Shown here: piece after piece, positions 12,392-24,379 of the stretch
How the letters are laid out: every line of letters begins with the position of its first letter
Position numbering within the stretch: the first letter of the stretch is position 1
From: Mobula hypostoma
Taxonomy: Eukaryota
DNA: 64,000 nucleotides
Reading direction: 5' to 3'
NCBI RefSeq assembly: GCF_963921235.1
Contig: NC_086097.1
Location: 49,974,001-50,038,000 of the forward strand
Made by a program: the position numbers and the translations under genes
Notes under the pieces: model-generated
What the model saw: the letters and a program-made list of their open reading frames with translations, nothing else
The model's database searches: none
What the model was told of the DNA's origin: nothing

Positions 12392-14234
12392 CACGCTCTT
12401 AAACTTTTCGATGATTTTAAGTTCCCTGGCCCCCACCGCTTTATTTTCACCATGGATGTCCAGTCCTTATATACTTCCATCCCCCATCAGGAAGGTCTCA
12501 AAGCTCTACACTTCTTTTTGGATTCCAGACCTAATCAGTTCCCCTCTACCACCACTCTGCTCCGTCTAGTGGAATTAGTCCTTACTCTTAATAATTTCTC
12601 CTTTGGCTCCTCCCACTTCCTCCAAACTAAAGGTGTAGCTATGGGCACCCGTATGGGTCCTAGCTATGCCTGCCTTTTTGTTGGGTTTGTGGAACAATCT
12701 ATGTTCCGTGCCTATTCTGGTATCTGTCCCCCACTTTTCCTTCGCTACATCGACGACTGCATTGGCGCTGCTTCCTGCACGCATGCAGAACTTGTTGACT
12801 TTATTAACTTTGCCTCCTCATTTCACCCTGCCCTCAAGTTTACCTGGTCCATTTCCGACACCTCCCTCCCCTTTCTAGATCTTTCTGTCTCTGTCTCTGG
12901 AGACAGCTTATCCACTGATGTCTACTATAAGCCTTCTGACTCTCACAGCTATCTGGACTATTCCTCTTCTCACCCTGTCTCTTGCAAAAACGCCATCCCC
13001 TTCTCGCAATTCCTCCGTCTCCGCCGCATCTGCTCTCAGGATGAGGCTTTTCATTCTAGGACGAGGGAGATGTCTTCCTTTTTTAAAGAAAGGGGCTTCC
13101 CTTCCTCCACTATCAACTCTGCTCTTAAATGCATCTCCCCCATTTCACGTACATCTGCTCTCACTCCATCCTCCCGCCACCCCACTAGGAATAGGGTTCC
13201 CCTGGTCCTCACCTACCACCCCACCAGCCTTCGGGTCCAACATATTATTCTCCATAACTTCCGCCACCTCCAAAGGGATCCCACCACTAAACACATCTTT
13301 CCCTCCCCCCCTCTCTCTGCATTCCACAGGGATCGCTCCCTACGTAACTCCCTTGTCCATTCGCGCCCCCCCCATCCCTCCCCACTGATCTCCCTCCTGG
13401 CACTTATCCGTGTAAGCGGAACAAGTGCTACACATGCCCTTACACTTCCTCCCTTACCACCATTCAGGGCCCCAAACAGTCCTTCCAGGTGAGGCAACAC
13501 TTCACCTGTGAGTCGACTGGGGTGATATACTGCGTCCGGTGCTCCCGATGTGGCCTTTTATATATTGGCGAGACCCGACGCAGACTGGGAGACCGCTTTG
13601 CTGAACATCTGCGCTCTGTCCGCCAGAGAAGGCGGGATCTCCCAGTGGCCACACATTTTAATTCCACATCCCATTCCCATTCTGACATGTCTATCCACGG
13701 CCTCCTCTACTGTAAAGATGAAGCCACACTCAGGTTGGAGGGACAACACCTTATACTCCGTCTGGGTAGCCTCCAACCTGATGGCATGAACATCGACTTC
13801 TCTAACTTCCGCTAAGGCCCCACCTCCCCCTCGTACCCTTACTTTTTTTTTATGCACACATTCTTTCTCTCACTCTCCTTTTTCTCCCTCTGTCCCTCTG
13901 AATATACCTCTTGCCCATCCTCTGGGTTCCCCCCCCCTTGTCTTTCTTCCCGGACCTCCTGTCCCATGATCCTCTCGTATCCCCTTTTGCCTATCACCTG
14001 TCCAGCTCTTGGCTCTATCCCTCCCCCTCTTGTCTTCTCCTATCATTTTGGATCTCCCCTCCCCCTCCAACTTTCAAATCCCTTACTCACTCTTCCTTCA
14101 GTTAGTCCTGACGAAGGGTCTCGGCCTGAAACGTCGTCTGCACCTCTTCCTACAGATGCTGCCTGGCCTGCTGCGTTCACCAGCAACTTTTATGTGTGTT
14201 GCTTGAATTTCCAGCATCTGCAGAATTCCTGTTG
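12392..14234 (+). mobile_element. Penelope-like element (RT plus GIY-YIG endonuclease), 5'-truncated, inserted in CR1
   Basis: DVQSLYTSIP, GVAMGTRMGPSYA, RYIDD, LPFLD. One frameshift near the C-run at ~13366, then CKRNKCYTC and VIYCVRCSRCGLLYIGET, stop at 13815. The 3' region carries a hammerhead. Confidence 0.93.
14104..14139 (+). ncRNA. Minimal type I hammerhead ribozyme (Penelope end)
   Basis: AGUC-CUGACGA-AGG-GUCUCGG-CCU-GAAA-CGUC-GUCU; intact core with one mismatch in stem I. Confidence 0.8.
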
Positions 14235-17213
14235 TCTATCTTATCCTATTCCATTCAAAATTTTGTATGTTTCTATAAGATCCCCTCTCATTCTTCTGAA
14301 TTCCAGACAGTATAGTCCCAGGCGACTCAATTTCTCCTCATAGGTTAACCCCTTCATCTCTGGAATCAACCTGGTGAACCTCCTCTGCACTGCCTCCAAA
14401 GCCAGTATATCCTTCCACAAGTATGGAGACCAGAACTGCACACAGTACTCCAGGTGCGGCCTCACCAGTACCCTGTATAGTTGCAGCATGACCTGCCTGC
14501 TCTTGAATTCAATCCCTCTAGCAATGAAGGCCAACATTCCATTTGCCTTCTTAATAACCTGTTGTACCTGCAAACCAACTTTTTGCGATTCATGAGCAAG
14601 CACTCCCAAGTTCCTCTGCACAACAGCATGCTGCAATCTTTAAATAATAATTTGCTCTTCTATTATTCCTTCTACAGTGGATGATCTCATATGTACCAAC
14701 TTTGTATTCCATCTGCCAGACCTTGGCCTGCTCACTTAACCTACCTATATCCCTCTGCAGACTCTCCACATCCTCTGTACAATTTGCTTTTCCACTCAGT
14801 TTCGTGTCGTCAGCAAATTTTGCTACGCTACACTCAGTCCCCTCTTCCAAATCATCAATGTAAATGGTAAACAGCTGCAGGCCCAGTACTGACCCCTGCG
14901 GCACCCCACTTACCACAGACTGCCAACCGGAGAAACACCCATTTATACCAACTCTCTGCCTTCTTTCGGTTAACCAATCCACTATCCATGCCAATACACC
15001 TCCTCTGACTCTATGCATTCGTATCTTATTTATAAGTCTCTTGGGCGGCACCTTATCAAACACCTTCTGGAAATCCAAGTACAAGACATCCACTTGTTCC
15101 CCTCTATCCACTGCACTCATCATGTCCTCAAAGAACTCCAGTAAGTTTCTCAAACAGGACTTGCCCTTTCTGAATCCACGCTGCGTCTGTCTAATGGAAC
15201 CACTCCTTTCTAAATGTTTCGCTATTTCTTCCTTAATGACAGCTTCAAGCAATTTCTCTGACTACAGATGTTAAACTAACTGGCCTATAGTTGCCCGTCT
15301 TTTGCCTACATCCTTTTTTAAAAAGTGGCGTGACATTTGCTGTCTTCCAATTCGCCAGGACCTGCCCAGAGTCTAGAGAATTTTGGTAAATAATTACCAA
15401 CACATATACTATAACCTCCGCCAGTTCCCTCAGCACCCTGGGATGCATCCCATCTACCTTCAGGCCCTCCAGCTTTCTCATCACGATCTCTTCAGTGACA
15501 GTGATTTTACTGAGGTCCTCACCTCCCATACTGGCACACCTGCTACCCACACACCTACAGCCTCTACTACTGACGCTTCAATCTGTGTTGTGGGTGTTGT
15601 GCGCAAACAGTTGGTCAGAAGCGTTTGGCAGCCACTTGCCTTCTTGAGCCGGCAGCTCCATTCCCCCCTGAAAGGAAATACAGCATGTTTGATCATAAGC
15701 TTCTTGGTCTCTATCTGACTGTCCACCATTTTCATTTTCTTCTGGAGGGTCACCATTTCACAGTGTTCATTGACTATAAACTCCTCATGCACGTGATGGC
15801 CAAAACATCAGACCCTTGGTCTGCACAGCAGCAATGTCAACTGGCCCACATATCAGAATTCACAACTGATATACAGCATATGAAGGGGAAAAATAATGCC
15901 ATGGCCGATTGCCTCTCACAACCAGCCACTGAGACCTTTCACATTGCAATAGACTTTGTCAGCATGGCAGCCCACCAAGCTACTTAGAGGTCCAGGCTTA
16001 CCAAACAGCAACCCCCACCCCCCACCACCAGAATTCACTTAAACTAGCATTATGAGCCTGTTCAGAGCTCGTGGTTGGTTGACATTAAGTTCAGGAAAGC
16101 TGGGATTTCTCTCCTGTGTGATGTCTCAACCGGTTACTCTCACCCCATAGTGCCCACAGACCGGAGGTGGACTCCTTCTGACTCCGCACATGGCTTCTCG
16201 CATACAGGCTGGAAGACCTCACAGACACTGGTTGCACTAAAGTTTGTGTGGCATAGCCTTAGAAGGGATTATGTGATTGGACTTCAGCCTGTATGAAGTG
16301 CCAGTGGGAAAAAAATTGACCGTTGTGTTCATGTACCATTGTTCATGTACTATTGAGGTACCTGAATGGCAATTTGACTATGTCAATATGGACCTTGTTG
16401 GACATCTCCCCCACCTCCCACCACCACAGTTTCAAGCATAACCCTTACCGTGGTGTACTATACCACTAGGTGGCCAGTGTTATCCCTCTAACATCAACAA
16501 CAACAGCTCCAGACGTGACTCGGGCATTCATTGGTCACTGGATTGCTCGGTTTAGCATCCCATCTGATATCTTCTCTGACTGTGGTCTCTAGTTCAATCA
16601 GACCTCTGGGCTGCGGTAGCCCAGAACCTCAGTGTAAGGCTACATACATCACCCGCAGTCCAATGGCCTATGTGAGCAGTTTCACCACTCCTTAAAGGCC
16701 GTTATGAGGGCTTCCCTCATGGATGAGTGTTGGCATGATCATCTTCTGTGGTCCTGCTGGGGCTCAGAACAGCTCCAAAAGAGGATCTGCCATCATCCGT
16801 GGCTAAGTTGGTATACAGGCAGCTGTTCTGAGTGCCAGGTGACTTTCTTCGTGATGCCACGACCACCTGGTTGACCTCTCAACAGCATTCCACCCTCCTC
16901 AGTAAATTCAATTCCTTTTCACTTATTCCTACCTCTCATCATGGTATACAGCACTCTTGGGTTCCTGTTGACTTACATTTTGCCTTGTTTGTTTTTGTCT
17001 GCCACGATGTACACCAGCATCCCCTTAGGACCTCTTATGATGGCCAATTCCGTGGTTTGGAATGGAGAGAAAAGACTTTTATAATAGATAGGAAGGGTAA
17101 ACCTGAATGTATTTCAGAGGCATCTGCTGTTCCTTCACCCATGGAACTTAGTCCGAGCTCTGAACAGGCTCACAATGCTAGTTTCAGTGAATTCTGGGTG
17201 GGGTGGGTTGCTG

Positions 17214-17418
17214 TATAGGGTAATGTAATTGGTGGAAACGTACATAATTCACAACCACCAATTTGGAGTTGGGGTTTCTCTCTAAGATGCTGGTCTGACA
17301 TGATGACATAATCACGTAACGTACTGTTACCGCACTTTGTGTTCAGTGTTTGGAGTACAATAAATGAGTTGTTATGGTTTTTCTATGCCTCACATAGTTT
17401 TATTTGTGAAAACCTACA
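17214..17418 (+). repeat. 3' LTR of the Gypsy element
   Basis: Diverged direct repeat of 2691-2897 ending CCTACA, preceded by a G-rich tract. Confidence 0.9.
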
Positions 17419-17759
17419 CGTGCATGTCTGTATTAAGTCTGTGTAATCTAACCAATTGTCTTGGACGTTCTTGTCACTTGTCCAAGACCTGTCAAGTCCT
17501 CATGGTAGCTGGAGTACAATGGCAACATCTTGTGAAAATTAAAATACATAGCCATCCACTCACTTGAAGACACATCCTCAATCCTCAGAGAATTGTCTAT
17601 GGACAAAATACATACTGTGTGCATACCAATTAAATGTGATGAGAATTTTTGCCCCTACTACCCTTAGGAGTTTATATGTGTAGAAACAAATTCATCTTCC
17701 TGTAATCTTTCTAACAATCACTTTAAACCCATGCTTCCCAGGTATTAACCCTTCTGTTG

Positions 17760-18293
17760 TAGAACATAGAACAGTACAGCACAGTACAGGCCCTTCGGCC
17801 CACAATGTTGTGCTGACCCTTAAACTCTGCCTCCTATATATAACCCCCCACCTTAAATTCCTCCATAAGATGGATACTCTAGTAGTCACTTAAATTTCAC
17901 TAGTATATCTGCCTCCACCACTGACTCAGGCAGTGCATTCCACGCACAAACCACTCTCTATGAGTAAAAAAGCCTCTAATATCCCCCTTGAACTTCCCAC
18001 CCCTTACCTTAAAGCCATGTCCTCTTGTATTGAGCAGTGGTGCCCTGGGGAAGAGGCGCTGGCTATCCACTCTGTCTATTTCTCTTAATATCTTATATAC
18101 CTCCATCATGTCTCCTCTCATCCTCCTTCTCTAAAGAGAGTAAAACCCTAGCTCCCTTAGTCTCTGATCATAATGCACGCTCTCTAAACCAGGCAGCATC
18201 CTGGTAAATCTCCTCTGTACCTTTTCCAATGCTTCCACATCCTTCCCATAGTGAGGCGATCAGAATTGGACACAGTACTCCAAGTGTGACCTA
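17760..18293 (-). mobile_element. CR1 3' fragment
   Basis: MRGDMMEVYKILREIDRVD...TRGHGFKV and a TTCTATG-type tail. Confidence 0.85.
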
Positions 18294-18751
18294 TAGAAAA
18301 TAAATTTTTCCTAGTGACTCCATTTAGCCCCTCATATTTTTATCTGCCTCTATTAACTATCCCTTTACTCTATTCAGTTCCAGAGAAAATAACCAGAGTT
18401 TATTTAATCTCTTCATGTAACTTAAAATTTTAAATGTAGAATGAATTATTGAACGTTAACTACTGCTAGCAAATTGTTTTTGTATTTGCCTAAGTTAAGG
18501 TGTTGAGGAATAACATAATTTTGTGGCTTCGTAATCAGAAGCTATCTCTTTTACACTGTTGGTTAAAATTCATCTTTGCTTTTTTTCACCTTACCCTCAA
18601 TGGGAAATTATGTTTTATTAAACAGCTGGTCCTTCTGTAATACAAAGTCAAAATATAGCAGATGCTAAACATTTGAAATCAAACCATAAAATACTGGAAA
18701 TATGTGAGCAGACTGTCTCAGGCATGAAACCAATAACAATATAAGAACCCG

Positions 18752-20092
18752 GAAGAGTCTCGGTGTAATGGTCCGGTCCGTGAACTCCGCGTTCCGGTTC
18801 ACGGTCCGGTCTGTGGACTCCGCACTCCAGGTCTTCCAGCTGTCCTTTGTTCAAGTTAGGCTTATTCATAGGCACCTGATGCTCGTCTTGGGACTGGGAA
18901 TACAAGTGGCCCTGGGTTCGAGTGTGGTTGTTGGTTTGTCTCGTTAGTATCCTGTCTTTACCTCTGTGGGGTAAGTCAGGCCGTCTTTGCCATTGCCCTG
19001 CAGTTGGATCTGTCCCTTCCTGTCCTTGCCTTCGTTGGGTAAGCCAGGCCATCTTTGCGGTTACCCTGAGGCTGGACTGTTCCCTTCCCCTTCCTTCTGA
19101 AGCCCTTGCCCTGCAACCAGTGTCTGGAGCCTCGGCCTCCAAACTAGTTAAGTTCTCCCAGCGGAGAGAGACCGGAGCCTTGCTGTGTCAAGATAAGGAA
19201 CTGTCTTTCGTTGAGTTGGAACTGTCTCTGTGTCCACGCCTTCGCTGGGTAGGTCCGGCCATTTGCCGCCACCTAGTGTTGGGAACCATCTCGTCATGTT
19301 CAGTATTCTGTGTATGAGTCCCAGCCCTACGTTCTGTTCCCAAGGAGGGGTGCCGGCTCTGTGTTCCATGTTCCCGTCTCTCAAGTCCAATGCTCCGTGT
19401 TCCCGTGCTCTAGACCAAGGCTCTGTGTTCCTGTCCTCCCCAAGACCAAGTCAAGGCTATTGGCTTTGTGTTCCAAGGTTCCTGTCTCCCAAGACCATGT
19501 CATGTCTTCGCCTAGTTCCAGAGTCCGAGCCCGAGTCAAGACCCAGGTTCTGGGTCCTTGTCCAGTCTCTGGCTCGGAGTCCGAACCCAAGCCTCGTCAT
19601 GTCCCCGCCGCGAGCAACCCAAGCCTCATCCTGTCCTTGCCTCAAGGAACCCAAGCCATGTCCAGTCCTGTAGCCACGTCATGTCTTCGCCTAGTTCCGG
19701 TGTTCGAGCCCGAGTCAAGACCCAAGACCCAGGTTCTGGGTCCTTGTCCGGTTTCCGGCTCGGAGTCCAAGCCCAGGCTCCTAGTTCTCAGTTCCTAGTC
19801 CTGGTCCCGCTTGCCTAGCCAATGTCCTAGGCCAAGTCCATGTTCTTGACCCGGCTCTCCAGTCTGTATTCAGTCACGTTCCTAACTCTAGTCTCTAGTC
19901 CTGTCCTGTTCCTAGTACTTAAGTGTCTGTGTCTTGCATTTGGGTCCACCATAAACCCACCCCGCTCCTTATGACACTCGACCCGAAACGTCGACTGTAC
20001 TCTTTTCCATAGATGCTGCCTGACCCGCTGAGTTCCTCCAGTAACTTGTGTGCGTTGCTTGGATTTCCAGCATCTGTAGATTTTCTCGTGTT
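18752..20092 (+). mobile_element. Penelope-end short element (hammerhead 3' half plus tail) split by a solo LTR
   Basis: gaagagtctcgg | ctcgacccgaaacgtcgactgtac...gatgctgcctgacccgctgagttcctccag matches the other Penelope ends in the window. Confidence 0.7.
18764..19976 (+). mobile_element. Solo LTR (Gypsy-type), about 1.2 kb, with internal duplication
   Basis: TGTAA...TGACA termini, 5-bp TSD CTCGG/CTCGA, terminal TGCATTTGGGTCC motif, and an internal direct repeat at about 19495-19590 and 19675-19778. Confidence 0.8.
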
Positions 20093-20119
20093 TTTCACAA
20101 TACAAGACTGCAGCAAAGC

Positions 20120-20600
20120 ACCTTGCCGGGATGCTCTGCGCAAAATTATTCCACGCCCAGCTTCCCAATCGTTGAACAGCAATTCCGTTACCAACAGGAG
20201 ATCCATAGCGACAGTCTGATGGAGGAATTCGGCGCGTCGTGCTGCACCTGTAGGGAGGAAAGGAAATGCCAATATATCGGGTCAAACCGTGCAGCCCTAC
20301 AACTCCTTTGCTCCCACAGATATTGCTCGCCCCGATAATTGCGCGTCGCTCCAGATCCCAGCATCTGCAGAGTCGCCAGTCTCCTCTGACCGTGGAGCGT
20401 GGGAGTACGCGGTGACGTCATTACGTAACGCAGGGATGCGCTGCCCCTGCCGCGCGCTGAGATGTGTTGTCTTGTAAAATATCTTGATCGGCCATTAGCC
20501 TAACAGAAGAAAAACACCTCACTTTCGGGGGCACAATAATTACGCCAAATGCATTTAGTTGCCGAGTATTTAAATCATTCGGTGCAGGGTAGGTTGCGGA
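20120..20600. promoter_or_regulatory. CpG-rich promoter-like island with abutting CRE and PAR-bZIP/D-box palindromes
   Basis: Many retained CpGs in sequence unlike the local repeats. TGACGTCA (20413-20420) is directly followed by TTACGTAA (20421-20428). Candidate donor CAGG|GTAGGT at 20588/20589. Confidence 0.6.
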
Positions 20601-21156
20601 TTAGGATGTGTTTCTAGAATATTCTGGTACTGTAAAGCAAGATAATATATATTGAATAATCTGAAAGGAAAACGAAATGGTGGGAACTTTCAGCGGGTCA
20701 GACAATGTCTGTGGGATTGAAAGAGCGACGGTTAGAGGACTTTTCATCAAATTGCTAAAAGTTGGAAATGAAACGGGGGGGAGGGGAGCCTGAGTGCGGG
20801 GCTGAAGAGATTGATATGCGTAATGCCTGATGAGACTGTGTGGGGAAAATGTTAATAGGAGACGAGGGAATAGTTAAGTACCAGAAGAGCAGAGAGAAAA
20901 AATAGACATCGAGTGCCAGAAATTAGCCACAACTCATCCTCCACCATTCTCATCTCTGGCAGAGGGAGATTTGATTCACCATGTATGGACGGGCAATTTC
21001 TAAACATTATGTAAGAAATTGAGCATGCCGCACTGATAATGATTCAATAGGTTAAATATATCCTGGTCAGTATGGAATAGTTGGCAACTCTCTCTACTTT
21101 CCACTTCCCTTTTCCTCCCTCATTTCCTCCTTTCCCTCCGAATGTTCTTTTGGCAT

Positions 21157-24100
21157 CATTGGGACCTCTTTTGGCACAGGTGTGACCTGTACAAAAAGGA
21201 TGGGTTACACTTGAATCTTAGGGGGACCAATATCCTGGTGGGGAGATTTGCGAGGGTTACTGAGGTGACTTTAAACTAGAATGGTTGAGGGGTGGGAATC
21301 AAACTAAAGAGACTAGGAGAGAGAAGGTTAGTTCACAACAGTGGGATAGGAACAAGTGCAGAGAGACAGAGCGGTGTAAAATGAGGGTAGAAGCAAAAAG
21401 TAGTAAGGTGAAAAGTAAAGGTGGCAGGCCGGCAAATGCAGGGCAAAAATCAACAAGGGCCACTTTTCAGCATTATTGTATAAGGGCTAAGAGTGTTGTA
21501 AAAGCAAGCCTGAAGGTTTTGTGTGTCAATGCAAGGAGCATTGGTAACAAGGTGGATGAATTAAAAGTGCAGATTGTTATTAACGAATATGATATAGTTG
21601 GGATCACAGAGACATGGCTCCAGAGTGACCAAGGATGGGAGCTCAACATTCAGGGATATTCAAAATTCAGGAGGGATAGACATGAAAGAAAAGGAGGTGG
21701 GGTAGCATTGCTGGTTAGAGAGGAGATTAACACAATAGAAAGGAAGGACATTAGCCAGGAGGATGTGGAATCGATATGGGTCGAGCTGCATAACACCAAG
21801 GGGCAGAAAACACTGGTGGGAGTTGTGTACAGGCCACCTAACAGTAGTAGTGAGGTTGGGGATGGCATTAAACAGGAAATTAGAAATGCGTGCAATAAAG
21901 GAACAGCAGTTATAATGGGTGACTTCAATCTACATATCGACTGGGTGAACCAGATTGGTAAGGGTGCTGAGGAAGAGGATTTCTTGGAATGTATGCGGGA
22001 TGGTTTTCTGGACCAACATGTCGAGGAACCAACTAGAGAGCAGGCCATTCTAGACTGGGTATTGAGCAATGAGGAAGGGTTAATTAGCAATCTTGTTGTG
22101 AGAGGCCCTTTGAGTAAGAGTGACCATAATATGGTGGAGTTCTTCATTAAGATGGAGAGTGACATAGGTAATTCAGAAACAAAGGTCTTGAACTTAAAGA
22201 AGGGTAACTTTGAAGGTATGAGATGTGAATTAGCTAAGATAGACTGGCAAATGATACTTAAAGGGTTGACAGTGGATATGCAATGGCAAGCATTTAAAGA
22301 TCGCATGGATGAACTATAACAATTGTTCATCCCAGTTTAGCAAAAGAATAAACCAGGGAAGGTAGTGCACCCGTGGCTGACAAGGGAAATTAGGGATAAT
22401 ATCAATTCCAAAGAAGAAACATATAAATTAGCTAGAAAAGGCGGCTCACCTGAGGACTGGGAGAAATTCAGAGTCCAGCAGAGGAGGACAAAGGGCTTAA
22501 TTAGGAAAGGGTAAAAAGATTATGAGAGAAAACTGACAGGGAACATAAAAACTAACTAAAAGCTTTCATAGATATGTGAAAAAAAGATTGGTTAAGACAA
22601 ATGTAGGTCCCTTACAGTCAGAAACAGGTGAATTGATCATGGGGAACAAGGACATGGCAGACCAATTGAATAACTACTTTGGTTCTGTCTTCATTAAGGA
22701 GGATATAAATAATCTTCCGGAAATAGTCGGGGACAGATGAGATGGAGGAACTGAGGGAAATACATGTTAGTAGGGAAGTGGTGTTAGGTAAATTGAAGGG
22801 ATTAAAGGCAGATAAATCCCCAGGGCCAGATGGTCTGCATCCCAGAGCGCTTAAGGAAGTAGCCCAAGAAATAGTGAATGCATTAGTGATAATTTTTTCA
22901 AAACTCTTTAGATTCTGGACTAGTTCCTGAGGATTGGAGGGTGGCTAATGTAACCCCGCTTTTTGAAAAAGGAGAGAGAGAGAAACGGGGGCATTATAGA
23001 CCAGTTAGCCTAACATTGGTGGTGGGGAAAATGCTAGAGTCAGTTATCAAAGATGTGATAACAACACATTTGGAAAGCGGTGAAATCATCGGACCAAGTC
23101 AGCATGGACTTGTGAAAGGAAAATCATGTCTGACGAATCTCATAGAATTTTTTGAGGATGTAACTAGTAAAGTGGATAAGGGAGAACCAGTGGATATGGT
23201 ATATTTGGATTTTCAAAAGGCTTTTGATAAGATCCCACACAGGAGATTAGTGTGCAAACTTAAAGCACACGGTATTGGGGGTATGGTATTGATGTGGATA
23301 GAGAGTTGGTTGGCAGACAGGAAGCAAAGAGTGGGAATAAACGGGACCTTGTCAGAATGGCACGCAGTGACTAGTGGGGTACTGCAAGGCTCAGTGCTGG
23401 GACCCCAGTTGTTTGCAATATAAATGACTTAGACAAGGGAATTAAATGCAGCATCTCCAAGTTTGCGGATGACATGAAGCTGGGCGGCAGTGTTAGCTAT
23501 GAGGAGGATGCAGGGTGACTTGGATAGGTTAGGTGAGTGGGCAAATTCATGGCAGATGCAATTTAATGTGGATAAATGTGAGGTTATCCACTTTGGTGGC
23601 AAAAACAGGAAAACAGATTATTATCTGAATGGTGGCCGATTAGGAAAAGGGGAGGTGCGACGAGACCTGGGTGTCATTATACGCCAGTCATTGAAAGTGG
23701 GCATGCAGGTACAGCAGGCAGTGAAAAAGGCAAATGGTATGCTGGCATTCATAGCAAGAGGATTCGAGTACAGGAGCAGGGAGGTACTACTGCAGTTGTA
23801 CAAGGCCTTGGTGAGACCACACCTGGAGTATTGTGTGCAGTTTTGATCCCCTAATCTGAGGAGAGACATTCTTGCCATAGAGGGAGTACAAAGAAGGTTC
23901 ACCAGATTGATTCCTTGGGTGGCAGGACTTTCATATGATGAAAGACTGGATCGACTAGGCTTATACTCGCTGGAATTTAGAAGATTGAGGGGGGATCTTA
24001 TTGAAAAGTATAAAATCCTAAAGGGATTGGACAGGCTAGATGCAGGAAGATTGTTCCCGATGTTGGGGAAGTCCAGAACGAGGGGTCACAGTTTGAGGAT

Positions 24101-24376
24101 AAAGGGGAAGCCTTTTAGGACCGAGATGAGGAAAAACTTCTTCACACAGAGAGTGGTGAATCTGTGGAATTGTCTGCCACAGGAAACAGTTGAGGCCAGT
24201 TCATTGGCTATATTTAAGAGGGAGTTAGATATAGCCCTTGTGGGTGAAGGGATCAGGGGGTATGGAGAGAAGGCAGGTATAGGGTTCTGAGTTGGATGAT
24301 CAGCCATGATCATACTGAATGGCGGTGCAGGTTCGAAGGGCCGAATGGCCTACTCCTGCACCTATTTTCTATATTT
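21157..24376 (+). mobile_element. CR1 LINE: end of ORF1 esterase plus entire decayed ORF2
   Basis: HWDLFW..DLYKKDGLHLN..GTNIL (SGNH esterase end), EN NARSIGNK/GITETWL/GDFN/SDHN, RT and C-terminal motifs, TTTTCTAT tail. Confidence 0.93.
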
Positions 24377-24379
24377 TCT

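Larger units (their letters stand above)
12051..15528 (-). mobile_element. 5'-truncated CR1 LINE inserted in Gypsy pol
   Basis: RT motifs [43 protein letters not shown]. Short duplication TACT at the junctions; the Gypsy frame resumes across it. Confidence 0.9.
10018..17200 (+). pseudogene. Gypsy gag-pol remnants (interrupted at 12051-15528)
   Basis: gag MSANAVALKLPEFW, protease FLCDTGAQVSLLP, RT SPWASALHLVPK..RPCGDYRRLN and YLDDILV (~11627), RNase H TDAS...KGKNNAMADCLS, integrase remnants at about 16100-17100. Confidence 0.88.
2691..17418 (+). mobile_element. Complete decayed Ty3/Gypsy LTR retrotransposon (CsRN1-like) carrying nested insertions
   Basis: Paired ~205-bp LTRs, PBS TGGTGACCC right after the 5' LTR (tRNA-Trp type), G-rich PPT before the 3' LTR, 4-bp TSD CATG/CGTG, and gag-PR-RT-RH-IN remnants in Gypsy order. 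Confidence 0.9.

Noticed and set aside
19495..19778. Repeat units that might suggest a CRISPR-like array
   Set aside because: Only an internal LTR duplication, with no regular repeat-spacer pattern, in eukaryotic DNA.
18648..19818. Several overlapping ORFs of 80-160 aa
   Set aside because: They lie mostly inside a repetitive solo LTR and have no protein motifs.
21650..22330. Long antisense ORFs over CR1 and Penelope coding regions
   Set aside because: Shadow frames of sense-strand TE ORFs.
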